A stretch of DNA of 64,000 nucleotides, taken from positions 42,907 to 106,906 of the forward strand of contig JACKBA010000020.1 of NCBI GenBank assembly GCA_020634815.1, written 5' to 3'. Shown in pieces: positions 1 to 12,200 of this stretch. Position numbers and translations under genes: made by a program. Each line of letters starts with the position of its first letter. Within the stretch, counting starts at the first letter, position 1. The notes beneath the pieces were generated by a model. That model made no database searches. It worked only from the letters and a program-made list of their open reading frames with translations, and had not been told where the DNA came from. This DNA comes from Caldilineaceae bacterium. Its GTDB lineage: Bacteria; Chloroflexota; Anaerolineae; Caldilineales; Caldilineaceae.

Positions 1-1
1 G

Positions 2-2245
2 CTATCCGCCGGCCAGCATGCGCTTGCTGCGATATTGCGGGCCGGGCTGGGCCAGCATCTGGGCAATGTCGCGCAGCCCCATCCACCACTGCTCCTTGGG
101 GCGTTCATGTTTGGCGTCATAGCGGCGCACGATCTCGTCGATGTCGCTGAGCTTGTAGTCGCTCCCCTGAACGCCGATACAGGTGACATCGCTGCTCTTG
201 GCGCTCGCCTGCTCCTCCAGAAAGCCGATGCAGCGGTGGGCGTAGCGCGTGGCCAGGATGCGGTCGAAGGGGGTGGGATCGCCGCCCTGCTGCAAGTGGC
301 CGAGCACCGACATACGCACCTCGTAGAGATCGCCGCCCTCGGCTTCAAAGAGATCAGCCATGAATTGCGTCGTGTAAAGCGGATGGGCGCGCTCGTTGCG
401 AAGCATGACGCCGAGGCGCTTGCCGTGCTCGAAGCCGGTGTTGAGCATCTGCACATCGCAGTAGAGATCCTCCAGCGTCACGCCCTCCTCGTTGAGATAG
501 GCGCGCTCGGCGCCCGTTGCCAGCATGCTCATGAGGGCGAGATAGCCGCAATACTTGCCCATGACCTCGACGACAAAGCAGCGCCGCGAGGCGACGGCCG
601 ACTGCTTGATCTTGTTGATGGCATCGACGATATTGTTCAGGGCGGTGTCGGCGCCCACGCTCAACTCGCTGCCCGGCAGGTTGTTGTTGATGGTCGCCGG
701 CAGACAGATGATTGGAATGTCGAAGGCGGGAAAGTTCTCGCGCTCGTGCAACAGGTGCAGCGCCGACGTGTAGCCCGCCCAGCCGCCGATGATGAGCAGC
801 CCGTCGATTTCGCGCTCCTCGATGGTGCGGGCGATGGCGTAGAAATCCTTGCCCACCGGCACGTGGCGATTCGTACCGAGTTCCGAGCCGCCCATGGAGG
901 CCCAGTGATCGACATCCATCCAGCCAAACTCGCGGATGTCGTTCTCGATGAGGCCGAGGAAGCTGTTGTTGATGCCGAGCATGTGATGGCCGCGGTCGAG
1001 GCCAAAGCGTACGGCGGCGCGCACGGCGGTGTTCATGCCGGGCGCCGGCGCGCTGGCCGTCATTACCGCCAGGTTGAGCCGGCGCTGGCCGGGCTTGGGT
1101 TCGTGCGGCAGGGCGCGCACCAGGGTGCGTAAGATGCGGAAGGACTCCTGGAAGCCGCGCCCGCGCAGTTCCATGGCCTGGGCGAAGTTGCGCTCGCGGA
1201 TGGCCGCATTGATGGCGCGGGTCTTCTCGACGCACTCCATGAGCGGCAGGCGTGTGACGCGGTTGCCCTTCATGCCGATCAATTGTGGCGTCGAATCGGC
1301 AGTGGCGCCGAGAATCTCTTCGACCGCGGCCACACCGACGAGGGTGCTCATGGTGCGGTCGTAGGAACTGGGCGCGCCGCCGCGCTGCACGTGGCCCAGG
1401 ATCGTGACGCGCACATCCTCGTGCAAGCGTTCGGCCAGCACCTTGCACACATAGTCGGCCGAAATCTCGTTGCCGTTGCGGTCGATCGCGCCCTCTGCCA
1501 CGATGACGATGCTGTCGCGGCGGCCGGCCTTGCGTCCCGCGCTCAGCACCTCGCACATCTTGTCTTCCCAGTTCTCCACGTCGGGCGGACTCTCGGGGAT
1601 CAGTGCCCAGTCGGCGCCGGTGGCCAGCGCGCTCATGAGTGCCAGGTAACCCGAGTTGCGCCCCATCACTTCGACGACGAAGGCACGCTGGTGGCTGGCC
1701 GCCGTGCTGCTGATGCAGTCGACCGCGTAGGTGATGCGATGCAGCGCGCTGTCGGCGCCGATGGTGATGTCGGTGCCCCACATATCGTTGTCGATGGAGC
1801 CCACCAGCCCGACAATGGCCAGGTGCGGGTAGCGTGCATACTCGTCCTCATCAATCTGGCCGTCCTGGCGCAGCTCGTCGAGGATGCCCGGCCACTCCGA
1901 ACGCAGCACGTCCGCGCCGGTCAAGCTGCCGTCGCCGCCGATGACGACGAGGCCGTCGATACCGTTCTTAATGAGGTTGTAGGCCGCACGCACGCGCCCC
2001 TCACGCGTGCGAAACTCGGCGCTACGTGCGGTGCCGATGATGGTGCCGCCCATTTGCAAGATGCCGCCCACCGCGTTCCAGCCGATGGGACGGATATAGT
2101 CGCCACCGTTGACGAGTCCCTGGTAGCCTTCGTAGATGGCAAAGACTTCAGCGCCGCGATCGAGGCCAGCCCGCACCACCGCGCGCAACGCCGCATTCAT
2201 CCCTTGTGCATCACCGCCACTTGTAAAGACGCCAATGCGTTTCAT
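2..2245 (-). CDS. pfkA: 6-phosphofructokinase, tandem-duplicated (~750 aa) type
   Basis: Motifs TSGGDAQGMNAA, GGDGSLTGA, GSIDND and VEVMGR; second half repeats the PFK fold (PATINNN, VEVMGK, LGHLQQGG). ATG at 2245 (alternative TTG 2251). Confidence 0.95.
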   Translation of the reverse strand: MKRIGVFTSGGDAQGMNAALRAVVRAGLDRGAEVFAIYEGYQGLVNGGDYIRPIGWNAVGGILQMGGTIIGTARSAEFRTREGRVRAAYNLIKNGIDGLVVIGGDGSLTGADVLRSEWPGILDELRQDGQIDEDEYARYPHLAIVGLVGSIDNDMWGTDITIGADSALHRITYAVDCISSTAASHQRAFVVEVMGRNSGYLALMSALATGADWALIPESPPDVENWEDKMCEVLSAGRKAGRRDSIVIVAEGAIDRNGNEISADYVCKVLAERLHEDVRVTILGHVQRGGAPSSYDRTMSTLVGVAAVEEILGATADSTPQLIGMKGNRVTRLPLMECVEKTRAINAAIRERNFAQAMELRGRGFQESFRILRTLVRALPHEPKPGQRRLNLAVMTASAPAPGMNTAVRAAVRFGLDRGHHMLGINNSFLGLIENDIREFGWMDVDHWASMGGSELGTNRHVPVGKDFYAIARTIEEREIDGLLIIGGWAGYTSALHLLHERENFPAFDIPIICLPATINNNLPGSELSVGADTALNNIVDAINKIKQSAVASRRCFVVEVMGKYCGYLALMSMLATGAERAYLNEEGVTLEDLYCDVQMLNTGFEHGKRLGVMLRNERAHPLYTTQFMADLFEAEGGDLYEVRMSVLGHLQQGGDPTPFDRILATRYAHRCIGFLEEQASAKSSDVTCIGVQGSDYKLSDIDEIVRRYDAKHERPKEQWWMGLRDIAQMLAQPGPQYRSKRMLAGG

Positions 2246-2298
2246 TTCCAAAATCGACCCTTCTGTTTTCTCGGTATTTCAATTTCACAAATGTTTCA

Positions 2299-2307
2299 AT
2301 TATAGCA
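2299..2307 (-). promoter_or_regulatory. Extended -10 promoter of pfkA
   Basis: TGCTATAAT on the minus strand, ~55 bp upstream of the start codon. Confidence 0.55.
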
Positions 2308-2536
2308 CCGGTGCGGAAATCCCGGTAGTGTCGTATCTACACTAGCTCACTGAGGTTATCAGAGGGTTAACGGCCTGTTGCAGCGGCTTCCGGTCGGGTG
2401 GCAGATTGATCCTGCCAAACCTATATTTACATAAATGCGAGCGTTTTGACGTCACCGCCTTCTTCGGCTAGACTGGGAACCAGCCTGCCGAGACAGGCGC
2501 ACAGCGACGGTTTGAAAGAGGAAAAGGATTGGAAGC

Positions 2537-3493
<957 letters not shown>

Positions 3494-3499
3494 AATTCG

Positions 3500-4516
3500 A
3501 TGGCACACACCGTAGAGTCACGCATCACCACGCCGGCCAGCGAGTTGCGCGAACGACTCGACAAGGCCGAGCGCCAGTTGCCGTCGCTCGACACGGCGAC
3601 GGTTGCCGGGTTCCTGTCCAACCTGGATCGCATGGACGTACTGTTCGACCAACTGGCAGCCGACAATGTCGACGTCCGCTCTGAGGCGGGACGGTGGGAT
3701 GATCTCCAGCGCCAGATCGCGCGCAATGCCGGGCGGATTGTGAAGCTGGCGAACGGGGCAGGCGGGTATGCCGCGCTGCGCACGCAGAATCCGCCGGCTA
3801 CTGCGCCCTGGTGGCAGCTTGACGCCATGATTGCGGCACGGCGCCGGCGACAAACGCGCTCGCTACTCATCACGCTGGCGGTCGTTGCCGTGCTGTTGTT
3901 CGGTGCAGGCTGGGCCTACCAGACGTGGCTAGCGCCGGACGCCGAGACGCTCCTGCTGGTCGATTCACTGAGCAGCGCCGAGCAGCGCGCGGCCGAGCAG
4001 GATTGGAGCGGCGGGATGGCCGCCGTCGAGAACGCCTTGCAGACATTGCCCGACAATGCTGAACTACTCATCTGGGCAGCGGTCTTTGCCGAGCGGCTGG
4101 GGGACGAGCCGCGCGCGCAAGCATATGCCGAACAGGCCCAGGCACAGCTCGCAGGCGATGAGGCGAGCTATCAGATCCAGCTCGGCTCTACCCGCTTCCG
4201 GGTCGGCGACATCGACGGCGCAGTCTCTGCGGCCGAGGCAGCGTTGCGCCTGGCGCCGGAAGAGCCGCAAGTCTACTTCTTGCTGGGCAATGTGGCCGAA
4301 GCGCGCGGCGACATCCGCGGCGCCATCGACGCCTTTGCCAGGGCCGGCGATCTGGCCGACCCTGACAACCCGCAACTGTCGGTCGTCAGCAAGATGCGCT
4401 ACGGCATGCTGTTGCAGCAGTTGCAGACCATGCCCGAATCGGCCCTGCCCGACACCGGCAGCACAGAACTACCGGCAGGCGCCGACGTACCGGCAGACGC
4501 CACGCCCACACCTTGA
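3500..4516 (+). CDS. Membrane-anchored tetratricopeptide repeat protein
   Basis: One TM segment (LLITLAVVAVLLFGAGW) followed by TPR-like helices (VYFLLGNVAEARGDIRGAIDAFARA). Confidence 0.8.
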   Translation: MAHTVESRITTPASELRERLDKAERQLPSLDTATVAGFLSNLDRMDVLFDQLAADNVDVRSEAGRWDDLQRQIARNAGRIVKLANGAGGYAALRTQNPPATAPWWQLDAMIAARRRRQTRSLLITLAVVAVLLFGAGWAYQTWLAPDAETLLLVDSLSSAEQRAAEQDWSGGMAAVENALQTLPDNAELLIWAAVFAERLGDEPRAQAYAEQAQAQLAGDEASYQIQLGSTRFRVGDIDGAVSAAEAALRLAPEEPQVYFLLGNVAEARGDIRGAIDAFARAGDLADPDNPQLSVVSKMRYGMLLQQLQTMPESALPDTGSTELPAGADVPADATPTP

Positions 4517-7293
4517 TGTATCGAGTGTTCACGCTTTCGCAGCCGCTGGGCAGACATCTCTGGGCTCTGTTGATCTACAGCGTCCTTGCGCTCGTCCTCA
4601 CATGGCCGCTGGTCCTTCAACTCACCACCCACGTGCCCGGCGACGGCATCGACGACCCCGCTCTGGCGTGGAACCTGTGGTGGCTGCGCGAACGCGTGGT
4701 CGACCAGGCAAACCTCGACATCTTCCATGCCGGCTGGATGTTTCACCCGATCTCGATCAACTTGGCGTTCTACACGTTGACGCCGCTCAACGGTCTGTTG
4801 AGCATCGCGCTCCAGAGCGGCCTGTCCCTCATCCTTGCCAGCAATCTGCTGCTGCTCTCTACGTTTGTCCTTGGCGCGTACGGGACCTTCCTGCTGGTGC
4901 TCGACCAGAGCGCCGCCGGGGACATTGGCATGCGGGAAGGAACGTACGGCAGGAGTATCATCCTCGCGGCGCTGGTCGGCGGCCTGTTCTACGGACTTGC
5001 CTCGTCCAAACTCTTCTATGCCAGCCTGGGACAGTTCAACATAGCCAGCAGCCAGTGGATTCCGTTCTGCATGCTGTACTTGCTGCGCATGACGCGTCCG
5101 GCAGCGCTGCGTGTGCGACTGCGCAACGCCGCATTCGCCGCGCTGTTCCTCACCTTTCAGTTCTGGGCCGAGCTGACCTACGGCTCGTTTCTGTTGCTGT
5201 TCGTGGCTATCGTCTTTGTGTGGCAGATGCTCAGCCAGCGCAGGGCGGTACTGCGCGACGTGCCGGCATTTCTGGCGCCCTATCTATTGCTGGCGCTGCT
5301 CGTCATCGCAGGGTTGGCACCATTCTTGTGGGCCATGCTCCCCGACATGCGCGCCGAGGGTGATTTCTTTGCCAGCGGCGGCGGCTTTGCCGACATCTTC
5401 AGCGCCGACGTGCTCGGCTACCTGGTTCCGACACGCCTGCACCCGATCTTCGGCGAGTGGGTCGCCACGCTGCCCTTCCCGAACGACAAGGGTCAGCACA
5501 TCTTCCTTGGCTACACGATCTTCATCCTGGCAGCGATCGGGTTTTGGACGGCGGCAAAGCAGTCCGCAAGCCGCAGCCTTGCATGGCTGTGGGGTGTCAG
5601 CGCGCTGCTCTTTCTCTGGTTGACGCTCGGCCCAAGCATCCGATGGGCAGGCGCCGACACCGGTATTCCCGGCCCATTCGCCCTGCTGAGCCAGTTGCCC
5701 TTCTTCAGTGGTAACCGCTATCCAAGCCGGTACAGCGTCATGCTGATGGTGAGTGCGGCTGTGTTGGGCGGGTTCGGCCTTGCCTGGCTGCTGGAAAAGC
5801 TCAACGGGGTCACGCACGCAAAACGCCTGCCGGTCGCCCTCGCGGGTGTTGTCGTCGCCGGTGCGTTTCTCTTCGAGCATCTCGCCACGCCGCTACCGTT
5901 GAGCGATTTCCGCATTCCTGGCATCTACGCACGGCTTGCCGCCGAGCCCGGCGACTTCGCTGTCCTCGAATTGCCGACCGGATGGCGCAACGGTGCGCGT
6001 GTGCTGGGGAAATCCGACCTGCTGATCATGATGCAGCAGTGGTACCAGACCGAACACGGCAAACGCCGGCTCGGTGGCAACACGAGTCGCAACCCGGAGT
6101 ACAAGTTCCAGTATTTCACACAGGCGCCGTTGTTGGGCGATCTGATCGCCCTGATGAACGCAGATCGACCGCATATCGGCGCCGTCATTGATGAACGGTA
6201 CCCAGATTTGGTCGCTGCTGCGCGCCCCGCAGCCGGCCAGATCCTGCACGATCTCGGCGTTCGCTACGTACTCATGCACGAAGAAAAATCGCCGCCACAG
6301 TTGCTGCGCTTTGTTGAGGACGCACTGCCGCTGCGCGAGGTCGAGCGTTGGCAGGGCACCGACTGGTCAGGTGCACCGGCCACGATCGTCCTGTATGCCG
6401 TGGAAGAAGTGCCGCGCCAGGCGGTACGCACGCTCTCGCTGGTCGACGACACCAGTTCGCTCTATCTGGGTGAAGGCTGGTCGTCGCTGCCGACAGCCGA
6501 TGGCGTACGCTATGCGACGCGCTCGAATCCGGTGCTGCTGCTCGACCTGCCGGAGCAAGGTGGTGAGTTGACATTGGACTGGGTCGCACCGGTCCAAGAG
6601 ATTACGATCGCAGTGAACGGGAGAGAGCTTGACAGCCGGACGCCTGGCGCCGGCCAGACGGTCGTGTCCATCCCGCCCTGCGTTGCGACCGATCCCGTGG
6701 ATCGCGTGGAAGTGCGGATAAGGGGTGAGCCGATGACTGCCGGCCAGATCGCCTCACCGGCAGCGGAGGATTGGCCGGTCGGCACGACGGGCGCGACCCT
6801 CCCCGCAGCGTCGTGGGTGGTGGTGCGCAGCGCCGGCGAGGAAACCGGCGACTTCGCACACATCTTCGTCAACGGCCAGGACGTCGCGCAGAACGGGCGC
6901 GGCTACAACCTGGTAGCAATCTCGCCAGCCGGGGCTCTCCTGGCGAGCGCGGTTTTCGACACATCAGGCGACGATGCAGCCTCGGGCGCCCTGGCGGGTT
7001 GGCTGGAACAGTGGCCGCCCGGCACGATCCTCGCCGGCGCCGTCGCCGACGAGGCAAGCCTCAAGCTAAGCGAAGAGGCGGTAGCTGCGTTGCAACGCGC
7101 CGGTGTTTCCACCGATCTGCGGGGCAGGCTGCGGTGGGGCCATGCGTTTGTCGGCGCTGTCGGTGCGGAGCCGGGCGCAGCTGTCGAAACAAGCGACCTG
7201 CTGCATCCGGTGGCGGCTGCCGTCGGTTCGCCTGTGGATGGGGCAGAAGTTTTCGGCGGATTGCGCTCCGTGACGATCCGGCAGAGCAACTAA
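4516..7293 (+). CDS. Polytopic membrane protein (GT-C/YfhO-like) with C-terminal ILEI/PANDER domain
   Basis: Many TM helices, DDPALAWNLWW and RYPSRY motifs; C-terminal GYNLVAI...FDT...AVADEAS...WGHAFVG pattern fits ILEI. Confidence 0.7.
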   Translation: MYRVFTLSQPLGRHLWALLIYSVLALVLTWPLVLQLTTHVPGDGIDDPALAWNLWWLRERVVDQANLDIFHAGWMFHPISINLAFYTLTPLNGLLSIALQSGLSLILASNLLLLSTFVLGAYGTFLLVLDQSAAGDIGMREGTYGRSIILAALVGGLFYGLASSKLFYASLGQFNIASSQWIPFCMLYLLRMTRPAALRVRLRNAAFAALFLTFQFWAELTYGSFLLLFVAIVFVWQMLSQRRAVLRDVPAFLAPYLLLALLVIAGLAPFLWAMLPDMRAEGDFFASGGGFADIFSADVLGYLVPTRLHPIFGEWVATLPFPNDKGQHIFLGYTIFILAAIGFWTAAKQSASRSLAWLWGVSALLFLWLTLGPSIRWAGADTGIPGPFALLSQLPFFSGNRYPSRYSVMLMVSAAVLGGFGLAWLLEKLNGVTHAKRLPVALAGVVVAGAFLFEHLATPLPLSDFRIPGIYARLAAEPGDFAVLELPTGWRNGARVLGKSDLLIMMQQWYQTEHGKRRLGGNTSRNPEYKFQYFTQAPLLGDLIALMNADRPHIGAVIDERYPDLVAAARPAAGQILHDLGVRYVLMHEEKSPPQLLRFVEDALPLREVERWQGTDWSGAPATIVLYAVEEVPRQAVRTLSLVDDTSSLYLGEGWSSLPTADGVRYATRSNPVLLLDLPEQGGELTLDWVAPVQEITIAVNGRELDSRTPGAGQTVVSIPPCVATDPVDRVEVRIRGEPMTAGQIASPAAEDWPVGTTGATLPAASWVVVRSAGEETGDFAHIFVNGQDVAQNGRGYNLVAISPAGALLASAVFDTSGDDAASGALAGWLEQWPPGTILAGAVADEASLKLSEEAVAALQRAGVSTDLRGRLRWGHAFVGAVGAEPGAAVETSDLLHPVAAAVGSPVDGAEVFGGLRSVTIRQSN

Positions 7294-7329
7294 TCGCTAG
7301 AATTCCTCGAAGAATGGGTGAGGACAAAG

Positions 7330-8346
7330 ATGCAAGATCAAAAGCTGACACGAGTAGCGCTGGTTGGGTATGGGTACTGGGGGCCGAACCTGGCGCGCAA
7401 TTTCTATCAACTGCCGGGCGCAACGCTCGAGTACGTCGTCGACCGTGACGTGACGGCGCGCCAGCGAGCGGAGCGTCTCTATGGCTGCAAAACGACCGAC
7501 AGCACCGACGAAATGTTGGCGGACGTGAATGTCGAAGCCGTCGTCATCGCAACACCGGCACGCACACACTATGCGCTGGCAAAGCGTGCGCTCGAAGCGG
7601 GCAAGCATGTATTCGTGGAGAAACCGCTCACGATGGATGTGGGCGAAGCAGAGGAATTGGTAGCAATGGCCGCTCGCCTCGGGCGAACGCTCATGGTCGG
7701 CCACGTCTTTGAGTACAACCCAGCCGTTGCGTACATCAAGCAGGCCATCGACAATGGCGATCTCGGCGATCTCTACTATCTCTATAGCAAGCGGGTCAAT
7801 CTCGGACGCGTGCAGAGCGATGTGAATGTGCTGTGGAGCATCGCGCCTCATGACATTTCGATTGCGTTGTTTCTACTGGGAGAGATGCCCAAATCTGTAC
7901 GCTGCCAGGGAGCCAGATGCCTTAGCGACTCCGTGGAGGATGTTGTTTTCCTGACAATGTATTTTCCCAAGAACATCCTATGTCACGTGCACGCAAGCTG
8001 GCTGGATCCGAGCAAGATGCGCGAAATGACGGTCGTCGGCAGCAAGAAGATGATCGTCTACGATGACGTCAGTGCAGAAGGCAAGGTTCGCGTCTACGAC
8101 AAAGGGGCATTTCGTAAAGGGGATGTCACCTACGGTGACTTTCAGTACAAGCTACACAGCGGGGACATCCTGATTCCCCGTCTCGATATGCGCGAGCCAC
8201 TGCAGGTTGAGTGCGCACATTTCATTGAATGTATCCACTCCGGGAAGCGTCCGTTGACTGACGGCGAGAACGGCCTGCGCGTGCTCAAGGTCCTCGCTGC
8301 CGGGGAAAAAAGCCTGCAAAATGGTGGGGAAGAGATTGTGCTCTAG
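7330..8346 (+). CDS. Gfo/Idh/MocA family oxidoreductase
   Basis: VGYGYWGPN, HVFVEKPL, MVGHVF and APHDIS motifs. Confidence 0.92.
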   Translation: MQDQKLTRVALVGYGYWGPNLARNFYQLPGATLEYVVDRDVTARQRAERLYGCKTTDSTDEMLADVNVEAVVIATPARTHYALAKRALEAGKHVFVEKPLTMDVGEAEELVAMAARLGRTLMVGHVFEYNPAVAYIKQAIDNGDLGDLYYLYSKRVNLGRVQSDVNVLWSIAPHDISIALFLLGEMPKSVRCQGARCLSDSVEDVVFLTMYFPKNILCHVHASWLDPSKMREMTVVGSKKMIVYDDVSAEGKVRVYDKGAFRKGDVTYGDFQYKLHSGDILIPRLDMREPLQVECAHFIECIHSGKRPLTDGENGLRVLKVLAAGEKSLQNGGEEIVL

Positions 8347-8398
8347 GTTCGCCTCGACGAGGCGAACCTAGAGCACGGTGTCTGCCGGTATCACAGCA

Positions 8399-8752
8399 TC
8401 AGCGGGTGCGGCGATAGATTGGTACCAGGAGTGACTGGCCGGCGTACACCGAATAGGATCCAAGGCCGTTGCAAATCGCAATTCGATAGGCAGTCGTGCC
8501 ATACGCCGCGGCGATGGAGTATAGCGTTTGCCCTGGCCGGACAACGTGATATACACCATAGCATGAGGCAAGCATGACTGGCGCTTCGACTGTCAATTCG
8601 CTGCTGCTGGCATGTGCGTGGTGAAAATTAGAAGGAACTGCAATAATTGCTAGCAGTATGACGAGGAATACAACACGTGCGCAGCGGCAAGACCAAGGAT
8701 TCCGGCGGGGGACTGACAAAACAGGTGGGGCGGAACGATATGTGGTTTTCAC
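8399..8752 (-). CDS. Small secreted LysM domain protein
   Basis: Hydrophobic signal segment then [20 protein letters not shown]...NGL...YAGQSLLVP. Confidence 0.8.
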   Translation of the reverse strand: MKTTYRSAPPVLSVPRRNPWSCRCARVVFLVILLAIIAVPSNFHHAHASSSELTVEAPVMLASCYGVYHVVRPGQTLYSIAAAYGTTAYRIAICNGLGSYSVYAGQSLLVPIYRRTR

Positions 8753-9066
8753 GGCATTGCTCCTGAGGTCGCTTCCTCACTATGAAGTCCATGTTGCTAC
8801 AGAGACGTAAGGTCGATTCAGGATGACGGGGGAACCCGTCTGCTGAATGAGCCATCCACAATTCATTCTATCAGTTTGGAAATCGATCCGGACGCCCGGT
8901 ATTGCTGATTTCTCCTCAGACAAATGACCGGTTTCCTCCGACGCAAGTCTCAAGGTTGGCACCCAAGTCTGAGCGTTTTGCCATAGCTCGACAAGCGCGT
9001 CGTCTCGCGCGCACGGCCAAGCCTTACGTTGTTTGACGTATACTTTACCGAATCGGAATTTCCCTA

Positions 9067-9095
9067 TTGACAATAACAGAAAACGTCGCTATACT
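9067..9095 (+). promoter_or_regulatory. Near-consensus sigma70 promoter
   Basis: TTGACA (9067-9072), 17-bp spacer, TATACT (9090-9095); palindrome ATGTTAACAT at 9096-9105. Confidence 0.7.
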
Positions 9096-9262
9096 ATGTT
9101 AACATGAGAAACATGCCGTTAGGCGTCTACTTTTTATGATAGATAGGAGTTGTTGAAGCTAGCTGCAATCCAGACTCGGGCCAAAAACTCCGAGACGCAG
9201 CGCCAAAGAAGTACGACCAGAAGCCTGTTGGTTCGTCCTCAACCCATTCTCTGTGCGGAGGT

Positions 9263-12200
9263 TTGGCGTTGGAATCTGGGTGGGTCAGCAGCCAAGTTAT
9301 GCAACGTTCACCGCTGCACCTTTGCTGCCCGTTGTTGGCATCGTCATATTCCTGGTACCGCCGAAGCACGTTGCTGCTCTTGCTGGTTGCGGTCATCTAC
9401 TCCTTTGCTTTTCCTCGCCCCATTCATGCCCAACTTATGTCCGATCGACATTGGGTCGTTTTCCGGCAGTCACATGGTCTGGGATCAGATGATGTCTTCT
9501 CGATCCTGGTTCAGGACAATGCCATATGGTTTGGGACGGCCAACGGTATCAGCCGGTATGATGGCCGCTGGCAGACTTTTGCCGTTACACAGTCCGGCGA
9601 CGCCGCCAATGGCGAACCCGAGAATCTCGGGCGGATTACGGCGATGGCGTCGACGGAAGATGGTGCCACCATCTGGGCTGCCGGCTCCAACGGCATCCTG
9701 AGCCGGTATGAAGATGGCACGTGGGCTGTCATCCAGCGCCTCGGCACGAGCGTCAACGCGCTGGAGTATGTCAACGGTGAACTCTGGCTGGCAACAGATC
9801 GAGGCGTGCTGGTTCAGCGCGGCACCACCGTTGAGGCCGTTGCTAAACTTGGAACCGAGACGGCACATGCACTTGCTGCGCAGGATGGCTTTGTGTGGGT
9901 AGCGACAGACCTCGGACTGTGGCGCGTTGCCCCTGACACGGATTCCGTAACGTTCGTGGAAGTTCGCGATGAAAACGGCGCCCCGATACAGGGCCCCTTC
10001 CTCGAGGTTACAGTCGTCCCGCCCGACCAACTGTGGCTCGGCACCCTGGACAAGGTTGTCGTGTTTTCGCCCGGTGCAGCGCGCGGTCAGAGCTTCCCGC
10101 CCTTCTCCACCAATGCTGGAAACCCGCAGATATCCTCGATTGTCCACAGCCCCGGACGTGCTGTCTGGGCCGGCTCTGAATCCGGCGGTGCAGTCGAATA
10201 TGGGCTATCTACCGATGGGATCACCGGAGCGCGCAACTTGGGCAGTTCAGCGGGCAGCGGCCTCAGTACGAACAGCGTTCGTGACGTTGCGATCGATGCG
10301 AATGGCTCGGTCTGGTTCGCGACGGCCGTCGGTGTTTTCCGCTATCAGCCTTGGGCATGGAATGTCGTTGACGAGCGCTACGACTTTCTGCCCGTACACG
10401 ATCTGCTCGTTGGCTCAAATGGAGATCTGTGGATTGCCACGGGCGGCGAAGGCGTGCAGCGTCACCGGCAAAATGAGAGCCAACCAGCCGGCTATCTGCC
10501 GGATGAGTCGGGCCTCCCGGGCGAAACCGTCTATGACCTCGCCCAGAGTCCGTCGGGCCAGCTTTGGGCAGCCACGAACCAGGGCGCCGCATATTTTGAA
10601 CAGGATCAGTGGCGACGCGACAAGGCACTGCTCTCGCTCTCCGGTACCGCTGTCCGTTCAATCGCCGCAGACGATCGTGGCGCGTGGCTGGGAACGTCAA
10701 CGGGCCTGGCTCGCTACAACTTCGGGGAAGACACCCTGCAATGGGAAGCCTTGACGAAAGACAACGGCATCAATGCCGTCGAGTATGATTCTATTGAGCG
10801 CCTATGGGTTGCCGGCGGCGACGCCAGTCTTTGGCTGCGTACAGCCGATGGGAAGTGGCGTGACATGGCAGCCATCCAGCGTGACATCCCGTTTAGCGCA
10901 CCGGTAACCGCGTTCACGCACCTATCCGAACCGCCTGGCACGGTGCTCGCCGCCTTCCGTGGATACGGTGTATACAGGTCCGATGGGCTGACGTGGCAAG
11001 CCCTGGAAAGCGGGCGCAGAACGACGGGTGACCGTATCTTCTGCCTGATGGCCGATCCTAGCGACGGCTCGATCTGGATCGGCAGCGAAACCGGCCTTGC
11101 CCGCATCGACAGCACGGGCCGCACAACCTATGACACAGAGGACGGTATTCAGACCGGTTCGGTGCGCGCAATCGCCGTCGATCGTGAAGGCAGTTACTGG
11201 TTCGGTGGTGAGCGCGGCCTTGCATACTATGAGCCGGAAACCAGCATGCCTTGGGTGCGGCTCGACCAGATGTCTGGGGCAAAACTGGAACAGGACGGCT
11301 CTTCATGGCAGGCTTATGCCGAGCAGCCCCTCACGTTTCAGTTCAGCTTTGGCGACTTGCAGACCAACCAGGACAAGATCGCAGTCTTCGTGCGCTCGGT
11401 CGAAAACGGCCAGCCAGAAGCGTGGGTACAGGCGTCTGACGGCGAGTATCAGCTCACCCTGGCGCAACCCGGGCACTATACGTTTGAATTCAAGGCGCGC
11501 GACCAGGCCTTTAATTATTCTCCAGTAACGGCGGTGGACGTGACCGCCATTCCTGTGCCAGCCATGATTTCAGTCCCGCTCCTTGGTGAGGTCGAAGTCC
11601 GAATATTCCAGCTTCTTGTGCTCTTCGGTTCGCTGGCAATCTTCGGGTTTGGCTACGTCAGCTTTGAGATTGTCCAGCATCGGCGGCGCATCGTCGCTGC
11701 GGTAGAGCGCGGCTACAACCCGTACATCAGCGGCGAGCCGGTGCGCCGAGTGGACATGTTCTTCGGCCGCCACGACCTCTTGCGCAGAATTGTCTCGACG
11801 CTGCACAACAACAGCATCATGATTCACGGTGAGCGGCGCATTGGGAAGACGACGCTGCTATACCAGCTCGCCAATGCGCTTCAGGAGGTTGAAGACGAGG
11901 AGTTCTGGTTTGTCTCCGTCTACATCGACCTCGAAGGTACTACTGAAGAAGAGTTCTTCCATCTGTTGATGGACGAGATCGCGCAAACGGTGAGGGAATT
12001 GCCTGAGCTGGCGCCTGAACAAATCGAGATCCTGAATGGGCTCCTGAACCTCCACCTAGCTGAAAATCAGTACACGGACCGTGAGTTCAATCGCGACCTG
12101 CGCCAGATCATCCATATTTTGGAGGAGTATGGCGCCGTGCAGCATCGAGGCTGCCAGGTGCGGCTGATCTTGCTGATGGACGAGATGGATACACTCAGCC

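Noticed and set aside
8760-9060. c-di-AMP or c-di-GMP riboswitch upstream of the LysM gene
   Set aside because: Consensus elements could not be identified by eye; needs an Infernal scan.
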